Counted from the stretch's first letter, positions 1 through 13,379 are shown. The stretch is 64,000 nucleotides of DNA from Octopus bimaculoides (GCF_001194135.2 NC_068998.1:22379459-22443458); one strand, 5' to 3'. Notes: generated by a model from the letters alone, not told the origin. Program-made: numbers and translations.

Positions 1-2634
1 AAAACCACAAAACTAATATTACTGCTTTATCAATCTATTATTTTAGCACAGAATTTGTACAAATAAAATTACGTTATAATTCAATGTTACAGCGCAACAT
101 ATTTTACGCAAACACATTTTTCGTTTATCTATGCGATCTTGAATAACGTCAGTACATATATATGTATAAGTTTTGGGAGTAATTGTTGTGACTTATTTTT
201 CACTCTCTCTCTCTCATTCTCTCTCTCATATATATATATATATATANNNNNNNNNNNNNNNNNNNNNNNNNNNNNNNNNNNNNNNNNNNNNNNNNNNNNN
301 NNNNNNNNNNNNNNNNNNNNNNNNNNNNNNNNNNNNNNNNNNNNNNNNNNNNNNNNNNNNNNNNNNNNNNNNNNNNNNNNNNNNNNNNNNNNNNNNNNNN
401 NNNNNNNNNNNNNNNNNNNNNNNNNNNNNNNNNNNNNNNNNNNNNNNNNNNNNNNNNNNNNNNNNNNNNNNNNNNNNNNNNNNNNNNNNNNNNNNNNNNN
501 NNNNNNNNNNNNNNNNNNNNNNNNNNNNNNNNNNNNNNNNNNNNNNNNNNNNNNNNNNNNNNNNNNNNNNNNNNNNNNNNNNNNNNNNNNNNNNNNNNNN
601 NNNNNNNNNNNNNNNNNNNNNNNNNNNNNNNNNNNNNNNNNNNNNNNNNNNNNNNNNNNNNNNNNNNNNNNNNNNNNNNNNNNNNNNNNNNNNNNNNNNN
701 NNNNNNNNNNNNNNNNNNNNNNNNNNNNNNNNNNNNNNNNNNNNNNNNNNNNNNNNNNNNNNNNNNNNNNNNNNNNNNNNNNNNNNNNNNNNNNNNNNNN
801 NNNNNNNNNNNNNNNNNNNNNNNNNNNNNNNNNNNNNNNNTATATAAAATGAAATGTAAGTTATGATATTCACCCCAAAATTTATTTATACCAATAAAAT
901 CAATGGAAGGCTTAGAAAACAACTCGATATAGTCAATTAAGCAGTCTTATTTTTATTTCTCCTCTTAAAATCAGTGTCTTAAATATAGTGAAATAACCTA
1001 TTTCGAACTTGGAAAATGTTGAAGATGCACTGTATACATATAAATGTAGGAAAGTAAAATAGTTATGTAACTCCTGCCAATCATTTGTAGCCCGGTTAGG
1101 GAAATCTAATATTAATTTATCATTCGTAATTTTGTTTCTATAAATATTTCACGCCCAGAAGACCATACTTGACTATATTTAACGCACTAATATTATGCCC
1201 AACCACACGTTTATACATGTGAGTGTTTGTGTGTGTGTTCATGTGAAAGTGTTTGTTTGTAAGACAACCCTTAGGGATACAAGTACTGGTGTGCTATAAT
1301 GCCTTGCAGCTGGAAAGGAGAAAAACGAAAACGAGTATAGCTTATTTTCTCTTAAAGTAAGACTTTTATCCACTACATAAAGTATTGCATAAGGCAAGTG
1401 ACTGTAAGAGAAAATAAAAATAGTGCCAGCAGATCAAATAATTATCTTCAAGAGTAAAAAAAAATATATCTTGTTTCTCTCTTTGCTGAAAGAAACAAAC
1501 ATGTAGTAAAAAGAAACAAAAGACAATACAATGGCAACAGGCAAAGAAAATTTCTATAAGTTCAATTTTCTCCTTCTTATCTACGTCATTTCCATGATTC
1601 TGTCTCTATTCTCCTAATCGCAATCCTTGATTTCTCCCTATTACTCCTTATTGTAATCCATAATTTTCCTTATTACGTTAGTCTGTAAAATATTTTCTTT
1701 CTGTAGCATAACGATTTGGAAAAGTTTTAAATTAGAACGTATTCTGAATATGCCATGCGGTTATGTCATCTGATATACCATTACTTAACATGCCCATCAC
1801 GTATCAATTTTTAATTGATTACCTGTAGTGTGATATTACGAGATACTGATATATTCTTACCTCATTAAACATCTGTACAGCTGTTTGCATGCGTGTATCA
1901 TAACGCATATATACAGAGGAGCTTACAGCCACCCACAAACAACTATATACCAAAATGAATGTGTTTTCTTCCGCTCCCTTTATATTCTGAATTATTTTAT
2001 AAGCAATTACCCCGCAACGACTGACAACTACTCGATCTACAAAACAATCATATGTAACGTTATTATTTATGTTATTGGACTCTTTCCTAGTATTCATTTT
2101 TTTATATAGATTGAATAGGTTATTGCGTGATTATGAAACGTTTGAGGAAATTCACAGCACCAATGTTGTTAACACCACCACAAACAATATACGCATATTT
2201 CTTAAAATAAAAGATGACGTAGGTACGATACGCTTCATGGCTGTGACTCCAAAACCCATCTGCCTCGCTAAAACCCGAATTTACCTGCTTCGATCTTCCA
2301 TTCAGTTATCGACGCAGTCTTGTAAATGAAACGCATCATGCCAACGCGGCCGTAACACCTACTGTTTCCAATCCTGCTGATCACAGTCTTATACTCTTCG
2401 TTGCAGATATCCATGTCACATTTTCTTGCCGTTAATGCTCTCGCCAGATTGGAGGTGGTTCGGCAGTATCAGCGCCAGGTAGTGCTTAAGTATAAGACAA
2501 TTTTACTTTAGTTCTCATAGGTTTATGACATATTTCAACTTCTAAAGGCAAATTCACTGTAGAGAAAAATTCTCACTTATGGTAAATCTTGGTGCTGTTC
2601 GTGTTGAATTCGTCCTGACGTGCCAGCTGTTCGT

Positions 2635-2662
2635 TCACACACACACACACACACCCACACAC

Positions 2663-2708
<46 letters not shown>

Positions 2709-2721
2709 TCACACATACATA

Positions 2722-2757
<36 letters not shown>

Positions 2758-2797
2758 TATAAATATATATATATGTACGTATGTATGTAAGTATGTA
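2635..2797. repeat. compound (CA)n/(CATA)n/(TA)n microsatellite
   Basis: Direct reading of the sequence. Confidence 0.97.
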
Positions 2798-3110
2798 TAT
2801 GAGGTCTGATCAATAAGTATCCATAGTAACAAAGCTGAAGCCCGCGCAGTAAAGCCGTTTGGAACAGGTTGACCATAAACTTTGCAGTGCATGTGCACTC
2901 AGTTTTAATGTTCTAGCTCACTTCTGCTGATTATAGCAGTGTTTTGAAATAACATGCATAACGTGTGATCGTCATATTGACAATGACAAAGTTGTCATGG
3001 CGATACCTGCTCAAAGGCCCACGCAAAGTTGCAGAAAGTGTATGGCGAGGAGTGTTGGCCTCTGAAGAGGTATCGGCTGGAACATTCACCAATACAAACG
3101 CATTCTTCGA
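2798..3110 (+). mobile_element. Tc1/mariner 5' remnant
   Basis: Begins tatgaggtctgatcaataagt, resembling a mariner terminal repeat after TA. Later aagttgcagaaagtgtatggcgaggagtgt reads KLQKVYGEEC, like the mariner N-terminal HTH ('L..VYGE.C'). Frameshifted and truncated. Confidence 0.6.
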
Positions 3111-3344
3111 AACGATAGTAAGGTTTTGTACTACTGCTTTTGTTTGGATTGCAATATTGGAGCACTTGACACATAATATCTCGATTAATTTTTTATGTAT
3201 TTTGTATTCCCACGATAAAGGAACTTGACCTACGTAAATCTGTCATCCACTTTGATTTAGAGCACTAATTAGGAGCTCTGCAACATAGGATTTCCTTTTT
3301 TCTTATTATTCTCTCTCTCCCTCCCCACCTCTCTCTCTGTATAT

Positions 3345-3622
3345 ATAAGGTACAGTGTATATTCAAATTCATAGGAAGAATCTACTCATGGGATTCCTTA
3401 CGCTAGAAAGAACTGTCAGGTTCTACAACCACAAAATTGCGGATAAAATTCCGAAAGGAACGAAACGAAATGTAAACACTTTTAAAAGTTTTTCTTTTTC
3501 TTTTCGTTCCTTTCGAGATTTTATCCCTGACTTTGTGGTTCTAGAACCTATCTGTTCTTTCTAGCGTAAGGAATCCCATGAGTGGATTCTTGTTATGTAT
3601 CTAAATATACACTGTACCTTAT
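3345..3622. mobile_element. fully palindromic foldback/MITE (about 278 bp)
   Basis: Left ataaggtacagtgtatatt...ctcatgggattccttacgctagaaagaac is the reverse complement of right gttctttctagcgtaaggaatcccatgag...atatacactgtaccttat. Complementarity continues to a central ttttaaaa near 3483. Confidence 0.9.
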
Positions 3623-4080
3623 GAGTAATTCCTAGTCTTTGGACGAAAGTTTTACACGCTAGGCCACGTGGAGGTGAAAGGTTTCATTAATTTCCATTTC
3701 CCTTTGATATGATTNNNNNNNNNNNNNNNNNNNNNNNNNNNNNNNNNNNNNNNNNNNNNNNNNNNNNNNNNNNNNNNNNNNNNNNNNNNNNNNNNNNNNN
3801 NNNNNNNNNNNNNNNNNNNNNNNNNNNNNNNNNNNNNNNNNNNNNNNNNNNNNNNNNNNNNNNNNNNNNNNNNNNNNNNNNNNNNNNNNNNNNNNNNNNN
3901 NNNNNNNNNNNNNNNNNNNNNNNNNNNNNNNNNNNNNNNNNNNNNNNNNNNNNNNNNNNNNNNNNNNNNNNNNNATATATATGTGTATGTGTATATCTAT
4001 AAAGTTTTAAAGTGGCTAGTTGCCATTTAAGATCAAAAGATACAAGTACAGCCGTCACTAATTATCCATACGTTCACTGT

Positions 4081-4586
4081 ATCATATATTTATTATTGCC
4101 ACACTGCATTCTGCGCATGTGTGGTTGTAGTTGGTACTATTGTGGTTACGTGCTTGAAGTTTGAGCCTGATGATACCACCTTTATTTCTGCCTTTACAGT
4201 GTAAGCATGGCTGCTCCACTAGCAATGTGCACCAAAGAAGAGCAAAGATGTGTGATACTCGAGTTTTCTGAAACGTCACATCAGTGATGGAGTTTGACAA
4301 GTCACATTTGTCCGGCCACTTTTAAAATTGTCGATCCACTATTAAACACTCCTGCGCGGTAGTGCATTATTTCCATATTGTGCTTAAAGACTCGGATGCA
4401 TTTCAACACCTGAATCACACTCCCACCAGCATTGTCGGATCACTGCTCTTTGTTCTTTTGTGCACTTTGCAACTGGAGCGAACTGGCTCGATCACGCTCA
4501 AATTTCGATCACTTGACCACAATAGTACAAACTATAAGCCCGTATGTGCAGAAGGTCGTGTGTTAATAATAAAGATATGCTATGAC
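4081..4586. mobile_element. two mariner 5' ends in inverted orientation
   Basis: Plus copy: ATG at 4207 gives MAAPLAMCTKEEQRCVI. Minus copy near 4437-4480 gives APVAKCTKEQRAVIR. Upstream leaders are also reverse-complement homologous (track ORFs share 'HNSTNY'). Confidence 0.7.
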
Positions 4587-5354
4587 CAAAGTACAGATAA
4601 AGTTTGACTTACCTGCATGTATATATACATATATATGTATAAACACACACACATATAAACTTCCACTTGCATATATAAATATATATATATATATCCGTAA
4701 ATCTACAACCTCGCTTAAAATGTCTGTAAAGGATTTGGAGTAAAACAATTTTCATCTCATTGATAATTACAAAGCATATTAACTAAAGAAGAACAGCCTT
4801 TGATACTGTATGAAACTCATGATTTGGCAGAGTTAGATCTGATATTGTCAATGTTTTGTTCAGAGAAGTTTTATTTTATACTGTAAATTGAAACCATCTG
4901 CATATCACACACATTCTGACATGAAATGTTTTCGTTTCCTATTTTCTACACCACTAATATATATCATGCAATCTCCTATTGTCTATGGCATTCTCAGCTA
5001 ACTATTGGCACGAAATGTTGTTTACACATTTTAGAAAAATCCTTATATTTTAGAAGGTGACATAAAACAAATATAATAGATATGAAAATTGCTTGTAGAA
5101 ACACATGCTTTCTAACAGTTGTCCATCTGAAAAATCAATATAGTATAACAGAAATATTTGATTTAATTATATTCTTTAAATAAATGTGGCTGGTATTACA
5201 ACGAGCAACACGTAAGCGTTCTTGTTTATACAGATGAATTAGTTTGAAATATGAATATATCATATGTATTTTAAGATACACGGATGCATATGCATTTCTG
5301 CACACGCAAACTTATATACATATGTACATAAAATACCGATAATAACAAGAACAT

Positions 5355-5460
5355 AAATAATAATGATAATAAAAATATTACTAATAATAATAACAACAAC
5401 AGCCATAACCACAACAACAACAACAACAACAACAACACCAGCAACAACAACAACAACAAC

Positions 5461-5491
<31 letters not shown>

Positions 5492-5495
5492 GTAA

Positions 5496-5528
<33 letters not shown>

Positions 5529-5575
5529 ACCTACTACTACTACTACTAATAATAATAATAATAATAATAATATTA
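5355..5575. repeat. compound trinucleotide microsatellite (AAT)n/(AAC)n/(ACT)n
   Basis: Direct reading; source of the poly-I/T/L/V ORFs. Confidence 0.98.
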
Positions 5576-7540
5576 ATGTTGACATGATAGATGGGCAAAA
5601 GGCAATGTACGAGACAATAAACGCAAGGCTACAAGAGAACTATAGCGACATTATTTGCAGATCGTTGGAAATTGAACCAAGAAAAAAAAAAGGTGAATGA
5701 AATTCTGAAATGCATCAAAACAAAAGACATCACGGAAACAAATAATTTGATCAAGGCAGTAAGCATTCTTGTAGCAGAAAATGTGGGTGTTGGTGTCAAA
5801 AACACAAAATATAATGGGTGTGAGCAAAGAAAAGACTCATGGTGGAATAAAAAAAAAGAATACAGCCAGGGATAGATATGCTCTCGAAGGAGAGTTCTGT
5901 GTTAGACCGGAAAGAGAAGGGAGAGCTTAAATAGCGAATAAAGGTACAAAGCAGTATGATATTGAAAGAATGAGTCTGAACTTGGTAATGGAGGAACTGA
6001 AACACAGCCTCGTTGCAAAGAGAGCAAATATGGTAAGCTTCCACCAAAGAATGAAGGGATACCAGCAGAATAGATTATTCAGTGTAGGCCAGAAGAGATT
6101 CTACAAACAAATATGTACAGTGTGTATAGATGGAAAGTGGATAACAGATAACATTGAAAGTCAAAGGTCTTGGAGTGACATCTAAGGCAAAGACAAGGAG
6201 CACAAGAAGGATGTTGAATGGTTACAAGAACTGAAACAAAGAGTAGTCTGTCCACAGGAGACACAACTAGTCAATTCAGTTAGGGAACTGAAGGAAATCA
6301 GCAAAGAAGTGTGCAATTGGAAGGCCCCGGAACCAGATGAATTTCAAGGCTCCCGGATCATAAGATTTGGTGAATATCATGCACGATTATCTGCACAACT
6401 CAACACCACCTTGTTAAATGCCGTCTAAGTAACACCAGAGTGGTAGAAAATCTGTAGAACAGTGTTGTGCTTGAAAAACATCGAAAAAGCTAAGACGGTA
6501 GAAAATTACAGGCCGATATCCTGCTTGACACTTAAGTGGAAATTATTGGGTGGAATAATTGTAGAGTCAATGGACATCAAAAAAAAAAAAAGAAAAAAGA
6601 AATGAGTCCTGCCACATGAGCAGAAGGGGTGCAAACGTTAGTGCAGAGGTACCAAGGATCAACTTTTCGTAGACAAAACTGTACTTAAATACTGCAAGAA
6701 GAGGAAATCTAACTCAGCCATGTCATTGATCGATTATCGTAAGGCATACGTTATGATCCCACATTCTTGGAATATGGAGTATATGAACATATTTGGTATT
6801 GCATCGAATGTTGAACGATTGCTTGGAAAAAGTTGGCGTCACCATTGATCTTTGTACTGTACATAATACTACTAACACTGATTCTGAGGAAAGCAAAGCC
6901 TGGATATGTATTTAAGAGCTCCCTACAAAAATTCAACTACTTGTTTTTCATGGATGACCTCAATTTCTATGGTAGAGATGAATCCCAAGTCAGTTCCCTC
7001 GTTTACATGGTGCTGATATTAGAATGGAGTTCGGACTGAAAAAAGCCTGGTGTGTTAGTCTCGAAGAGAGGTAAAATTACATGTAATGGACGGGCAAGCG
7101 ATACCGTCGGGGGAGGTTATGAAGCAGATAGAAGAGACGGGCTATATGTACTTGGAGATATTGGAAATAGATAAATTGGTGGAGAAAGTAATGAGAGAAA
7201 AATTTAATAGGAGTGATTGCGTAGACTGAGAATGATACTTAATTCGAAATGAAACAGACGGAATAAGATTGGGCGGTTTCACTAATTAGAGATGGAGTAG
7301 GGGTAATCGCATAGCCAGTAGACGAACTAAACAGCTTATAATTGATAAGATGCGAACACAGCATTAGAGCAGAATAAAACATCATAGCCTGGTATGTAAA
7401 AAATGACACAGAACAACTATTATTGTGTAGGATGAAAGATTGCAAAGAAAAAGCACTGTACAAGCACTTGAGAATGAATGAGACTGAAAATAGGTGGATA
7501 AAGAAAAGAATATATAGACAATTTCATAAGGATGTTGAAG
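5576..7540 (+). mobile_element. R4/Dong-like non-LTR retrotransposon, degenerate RT region
   Basis: Motifs across frameshifts: YQQNRLFSVGQKRFYKQI, WKAPEPDEFQG (6318), NYRPISCL..WKLL, EQKGC..RGTKDQL.VDK, IDYRKAY..IPHSW, SPLIFVL, YLFFMDDL (about 6935), and C-terminal KRIYRQFHKD. These match RLE-type R4/Dong ORFs. Internal deletions and stops are present. Confidence 0.85.
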
Positions 7541-7544
7541 ATGA

Positions 7545-7830
7545 AACAGACGGAAAAAATATGCAACACCCCTCCAAAATCATACAAGAAGAAACTCATA
7601 CTGTAAATACCCAACGAATTGAACCCACACCGGGTGCCATAGAAGGCCGATACCCGAGGGAAAAAGACAACTTGCGCAATAGAAACAACACATAGTATAA
7701 AAACTAATACAACAGAAGATTCAAAGAAAATACCATAACAAAATGTACTGATACAATACAATATCCACTCCGCCAGAACATGCACCAAACACCACACTAA
7801 CAACACAAAGGTGCGACAAATAATGTAACA
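7545..7830 (+). mobile_element. possible compressed Penelope-like 3' remnant
   Basis: Fragments resembling RKICT..., ..GRYPRE (RT thumb) and RFKE.../..EH (GIY-YIG C-terminus). Short and weak. Confidence 0.35.
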
Positions 7831-7899
7831 GAATGTTTCTTGAAACCCTCAGATGCTGAAAAACAATAGTAGTAATAACGATGGTGACGAAGTTTACCT

Positions 7900-8335
7900 T
7901 ACCTCAGTTTATGAGAGACAGGAGTTTCACTAGAACTCTGCAACAACGAACATGAAGCTAAACCTTAAAGAGAAGGCCTCTCGCTCGGCCGTGGTTAAGT
8001 AAAGATTACGACTGACGACGCTTGTCATCGTATACAGCATCAGAAGATAATAGATCAAGGAGGAGGAAGTGGGCCAGCGAAGAAAACAGGATAGTGATAC
8101 AGTGCTACTTAGAAAGTGAACCTAAAAGGAGGGGGCAAAGAAAACAGATGTTAATACCTTTGATAGAGCATGACGTGTTTAAAGTGACTGAGCAGAGATT
8201 AGTTGATCAAGCTAATGCTATTAGGAGAACCAGGTAAAAGACAGAGTTGGAAATAGAAGAGATCACAAGTGAACTGGAAAAGAAAGACCAGGCAGTGGGA
8301 AAGACTATAGACACCAGCAGCTCACACGGCCGTCT
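7900..8335 (+). mobile_element. R4/Dong-like element 5'/N-terminal fragment
   Basis: ORF 8022-8237: RRRKWASEENRIVIQCYLESEPKRRGQRKQM...VTEQRLVDQANAIRR, the characteristic N-terminal block of R4/Dong ORFs. Confidence 0.75.
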
Positions 8336-9885
8336 TAATTGGGTCTAATGCCCATTCAATGTTATGGGGGGGGGTGAATCCTGGCGTAATGACATAGTCT
8401 CAACGTCTGCTATGTCCATTCCTGGTGGCCCCAGCTTCAAACCCTGTTGAAATCCTACACTACGTCTTACAGCCTTCAAATTGTTCACAGATCAATGCGA
8501 AGCAGTCCAGATATCCGCATTTGGATACCAGACACGACTCATCATGATAGAAGTAACTCTGTTCTAATGTTGAGATGTCTGCTAGTACTACATGTCTGCT
8601 AAATTATTCTCAACGACCACTGTAATCTTTATGTTCTCTATTGTCGTTGAGTGTTCATCAATACACCAACCTGTTGGTAGAAAAATTTGACATAGATATC
8701 ATCAACCTAAATACAATCCCGATACTTACAACAGAAACATATAAAAAACAACAACACACAAATTTTATACCAAAAATTTCAGTAAGCATTGGGTAAGTGT
8801 GAAGTGTTAACAAAAAATGAAAATTTGTATCAAAGTAATTACTTTATATTTATGTACTGAATAAGGTTTGAAAATATATGAAGGTTAAACTTTTCACTAA
8901 ATCATGCTAAAGATAAGGTGTAAGTTACCGATTAGAGTATTCTTTATTCGGGTGTAAACGAAGAAACTTTAGGTGTAACTACATAGATCTTATTTCTACA
9001 CACGTCAGTTAATGGAAACTGCAGAGAGTCATAATCCTCATAAATGTCTCTGTTAGCGGTTCAAATTAAATATTCAGTAAAAAAAACAAAAAAAAAACGA
9101 AGAAACTATATTATTGACTATATATACATATCACATAAATTGCAAAATCGTTCTTCCATTAATTTAGTACATATCTGTTAATAACTAACAAACGTTAGAT
9201 GAGAGAGTGTACCACACTGTTGCGATATCAGTGTAAACCGAAATATTTATGCATGATTGATTTTGTTTCAAACGTTCAAAGCATATACTACCTTCAACTC
9301 TTAAAATTGATCAGCAAACTTGCTTTCTAGGGAACAATCGTGATTGCAGAATGCATTTTATTTATTACTTGTTGGATAGGGAGGAATGATGCGTGATTAT
9401 GACATTTTGAAGTCATACGAGACGGTGAAAATCGTATCATTAATCATCTGTCTAAACAATAATTTTCTGTTTGCGGTTGAGTAAAACTGATCACGAAAAT
9501 GAGTCGCGCTTTAGAATGTGGTATTCTACCGTATTTAAAAAAAAGAAAAACTTACTCTAATGTCTCATCATTATTAAACAGAGTGTACTAAAGAAACACG
9601 ATAGCAGTCAAAACACAAGCACTGTAAGCTAGGATATCCGAAACTAATTTATAGCTATCTCTGTGTGGTAATATGAGCAATTATGCTCACATAAGCTGTT
9701 ATATTACCATCGCTGTTTCATTTTTTTTTTTTTTCGTTACCGAGTTACATTCGGAAAATCATGCAGGACATATGTAGACTTATATATGAGCTATTGATAA
9801 AACTATTTGGCACAGACTTTGTTTGATTTTCGCATTAAATTGCTTTAATATTTCGTAACTGGTGTTATTGGAAAATATACCAGGT

Positions 9886-9925
<40 letters not shown>

Positions 9926-9926
<1 letters not shown>

Positions 9927-9999
9927 TTTTCGTTGTTTCTTAACTTGAATATCGATATATATATATATATCGATATTCAAGTTAAGAAGCAACGAAAAC
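9926..9999. repeat. 74-bp palindrome centred on (AT)n
   Basis: gttttcgttgtttcttaacttgaatatcg-(at)n-cgatattcaagttaagaagcaacgaaaac, one mismatch between arms. Confidence 0.95.
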
Positions 10000-10235
10000 T
10001 GTAGCATTTAATACGGATTAGTTGTAAAGGATCATCCAAATAACAGATGCTTTCATTTCAAAAATCCCTAATAAGAAGATTATGTTGCACGACGAATCAA
10101 CTGCAAATGTTCGTTTGTTGACATATTTTACATTACATGAATTTGCATCAAACACAATGAACGATCAAAGAGATAAAAATTGTACACATGTGTAAATAGA
10201 CACTAACGTACAGAAAATCGGCAACATACAAATCA

Positions 10236-10405
10236 GTGGTACACACACACACACGCACGCACGCACACACACACACACACACATACACACACACACAGAG
10301 ACACAACATACACACATACACAAACTCATACATACGTATATACGTTTGTGAAAATTACATTTGTGTGTATGTATGTGTATATGAATACATGTGTACATTC
10401 ATATG

Positions 10406-10484
<79 letters not shown>

Positions 10485-10520
10485 GAGTGGGGAGAGAGGG
10501 AGAGAGAGAGAGGGATAGGT
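10236..10520. repeat. (CA)n, (TA)n, (GA)n microsatellite cluster
   Basis: Direct reading. Confidence 0.97.
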
Positions 10521-11109
10521 TGACAAATAGATAGATTATCCATGTGCGCTTATGTATAGAATCGATCAAATTGTACAGACATATTGTGTACAAATACTGA
10601 TATTAATATTGAGTTTATGTAATGGCATAATTTTTCTCAAATGTTGGAATATGCCTGAATTTAGTTGCAGCTGTAGCTTAATTTGTTTCGGAATTTGAGT
10701 TTCACTTAACCGTGCGTCTTAAAAATAATGAAAAATTTCGTTTTAGTTGGGGTAAATCAAAGAATTGTGTGATCAGTTGAAATAGGTGGTATATGAATTG
10801 TGTGATAACTGTGACATCTATAAATTTATATTTGAATTTCACAAATTGTGCAACAAATTAAAGGTTTCGTCTCTTCGTGACATAGCATTTATTCTACTAA
10901 TTGTAATATATATGATAATGTATGAAGGAAAATTACATCATGTATAATAAAAGTTCTTCAGTGATATAGGCTAAAATATACACGTTATATATAGCAGTAT
11001 ACAGATACGATATTAAATAAAGATAGATTCGTTTGACTGACCTGAGGTACCTTTCAGTATAAAAAGAAGTAATATATATATANNNNNNNNNNGATATATA
11101 TATATGTGT

Positions 11110-11262
11110 GTGCGTGTGGTAAAACGCTTGCTTTTCAACTATATGGTTTCTACTTCAGTCCCACTGCATAGCACCTTTGATAACAGGCTTCTACTATAAA
11201 CCCGGGCCGACGATAGATTTTTGCGTAGATTTGGTAGACAGAAACTGAAAGAAGCTGGATTG
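11110..11262 (+). mobile_element. SINE family A, 5' part, diverged
   Basis: ttcagtcccactgc...ttctactata...gggccgac...gatttggtagacagaaactgaaagaagc matches the copies at 28386 and 50995. Confidence 0.8.
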
Positions 11263-12134
11263 CGTGTTCGCTTCCCTTTTTGTCATCTGTGATTTTATTT
11301 TGATCTTCTATATAAATGAAGATATTTTCTCCGTATGGCTGGTTTTTTTCTCTCTACAAAACGGCAAGTGACATTGCGGAACAGTCATCTTAACGAGTTG
11401 TATTTGTCACCCAACTAGATACATCCGCACAACCGGATGCTCCTGAACCAGTTGCTGAGAGTCTTACCCAAGAGCATGTGTGGAAACAATTGTGGTCATT
11501 AATAATAAATTCTTGTATATTTCACCTTTTGTCTTTCATTCGCTATATATATAAATAAAACAATGTTATTTTGTTCAACACGGGTAGAAATCTAGGAAAA
11601 ATAGAAATTGAAATCGCACTGAGAATAAGTAACATATTTTTTATTAATATATTTAAATTTTAAACCTGTTTCACGGTTTGCACGTATTCCGTGTGGAATG
11701 CTTTACCAAAAAGGAACACTATAATTATCATTCAATATGATTACTGTGTTAGAACATCTACATTGCTAGAAATAAGAGCTAAAAAGCTCTAATGCTGTAG
11801 TTAAAACACATAATTGCATTCATGTGTTCTGACATATACTGTAATCGCCACAAAGCACCGCTCGATAATTCCCTATACTGATAGGACAGTTATATATGGC
11901 GGGTGCATTTTCATCTAAGGATAGTCTCTGCAATCTCTAACTGACAGATTGCTTCTTCTTTGTCCTCAAGCTAAACACTAGGTGAGAAATATAATCCCTT
12001 AAAAATGATATTAAGAAGACACAAGTAAGTTTTGGTACCTTGTCATGGAGTGAAAAATTTCTGTATTTCGTCTACGCAACTTTCTAGATTATGATCGGTC
12101 TGTACGGTGTAAGTGTGTGAATGAGGTGTAGCTC

Positions 12135-12338
12135 CTGATAATGGCTTCAAATTTTGGCGATTTTCGGTGGAGGTTGTAAGATGATAGGCCCATTGTTAAT
12201 CGGTACATATTCTATCGACTCCGAAAGGATGAAAGGCAAAGTCAACCACGGAGGAATTGTAACTCAGAACACAAAGACTTCCGAAATACCGCTAACTATT
12301 TTGCCAGGCGTGCTAATGATACTCCCGGCACGCTTCCT
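12135..12338 (-). mobile_element. SINE family B
   Basis: Reverse complement matches the 35451 copy (gactttgcctttcatcctttcggagtcgat; cggtatttcg). Confidence 0.8.
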
Positions 12339-12744
12339 TCATTGAGCTCAATATATTAACGGTATCATTGTGTCGTGTCGATGAAAAGTTTATGATATAT
12401 CTACAAATATTGTATCCACTCTACAACATGATATATTGCTTCCAATTCTTATAATTCTTAGTCATCACTCCTACAAGATGTGTGGGTATCTCAGAGAGAG
12501 AGAGAGACAGACAGACAGAGAATATACATATTTTTATATATATGCATTATAGATCCAATATAGTTAAAATCAACAAAACAATTACTCCATTTATTTGTCT
12601 TCTTATTTTCTCACTCTCCAGCGTCCTAGATTTCAAAATATTTCTAACCCATAAAGAGAAAGATTGCCTAGAGTTATATGACGTATTTTCTAAATATGCC
12701 TATTATAAGTATCTTACAATCATTAAATTACTAGTAGCTCGTTG

Positions 12745-13327
12745 TATGTATGCATGCATGTATGTATGTATGTATGTATGTATGTATGTATGTATGTATG
12801 TATGTGCGTATGTATATGTATTTATATCCATCACACTCCCCCACGACCATGTAAAATATATCATGTGATCTCTTGGTTTACTAAGGTTTAATTATAACCA
12901 TAAGCAACATTGTTAAGAGATATTGTCTTCGCATTTGAGTTGAATATCAATTTGCTAATGTTCTTTAGAAATTTTCGAAAAGATATTCTTGGAAGGATGA
13001 AATTAATTATATTGTAGTTACAATTTACAAGAGATGTTTTGAATGCGTGTACACACACACACACACACACACACACGCACGCAAGCACGCACACACACAC
13101 ACATACACACACACACACACACATATATGCCCACAAAAAAGTTTGTATTCCATGTTTTCGTATTTCGTATTTCATGTTGTTTACGTTCTGTGGTGTCCTG
13201 TGCCCATATATGCATGCGTATATACATATATGTAAGTATGTATATATAAGCATGTATATATGCATATATATTTATATATTATTTATATTATATGATTGAA
13301 TGCCACTCATCAATTTCCAAGTCAGTT

Positions 13328-13379
<52 letters not shown>

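Noticed and set aside
1819-2329. Hydrophobic ORFs with GPCR-like TM5/DRY hints
   Set aside because: Motif spacing is off, a frameshift is needed, and overlapping ORFs exist on both strands; AT-rich DNA readily gives such peptides.
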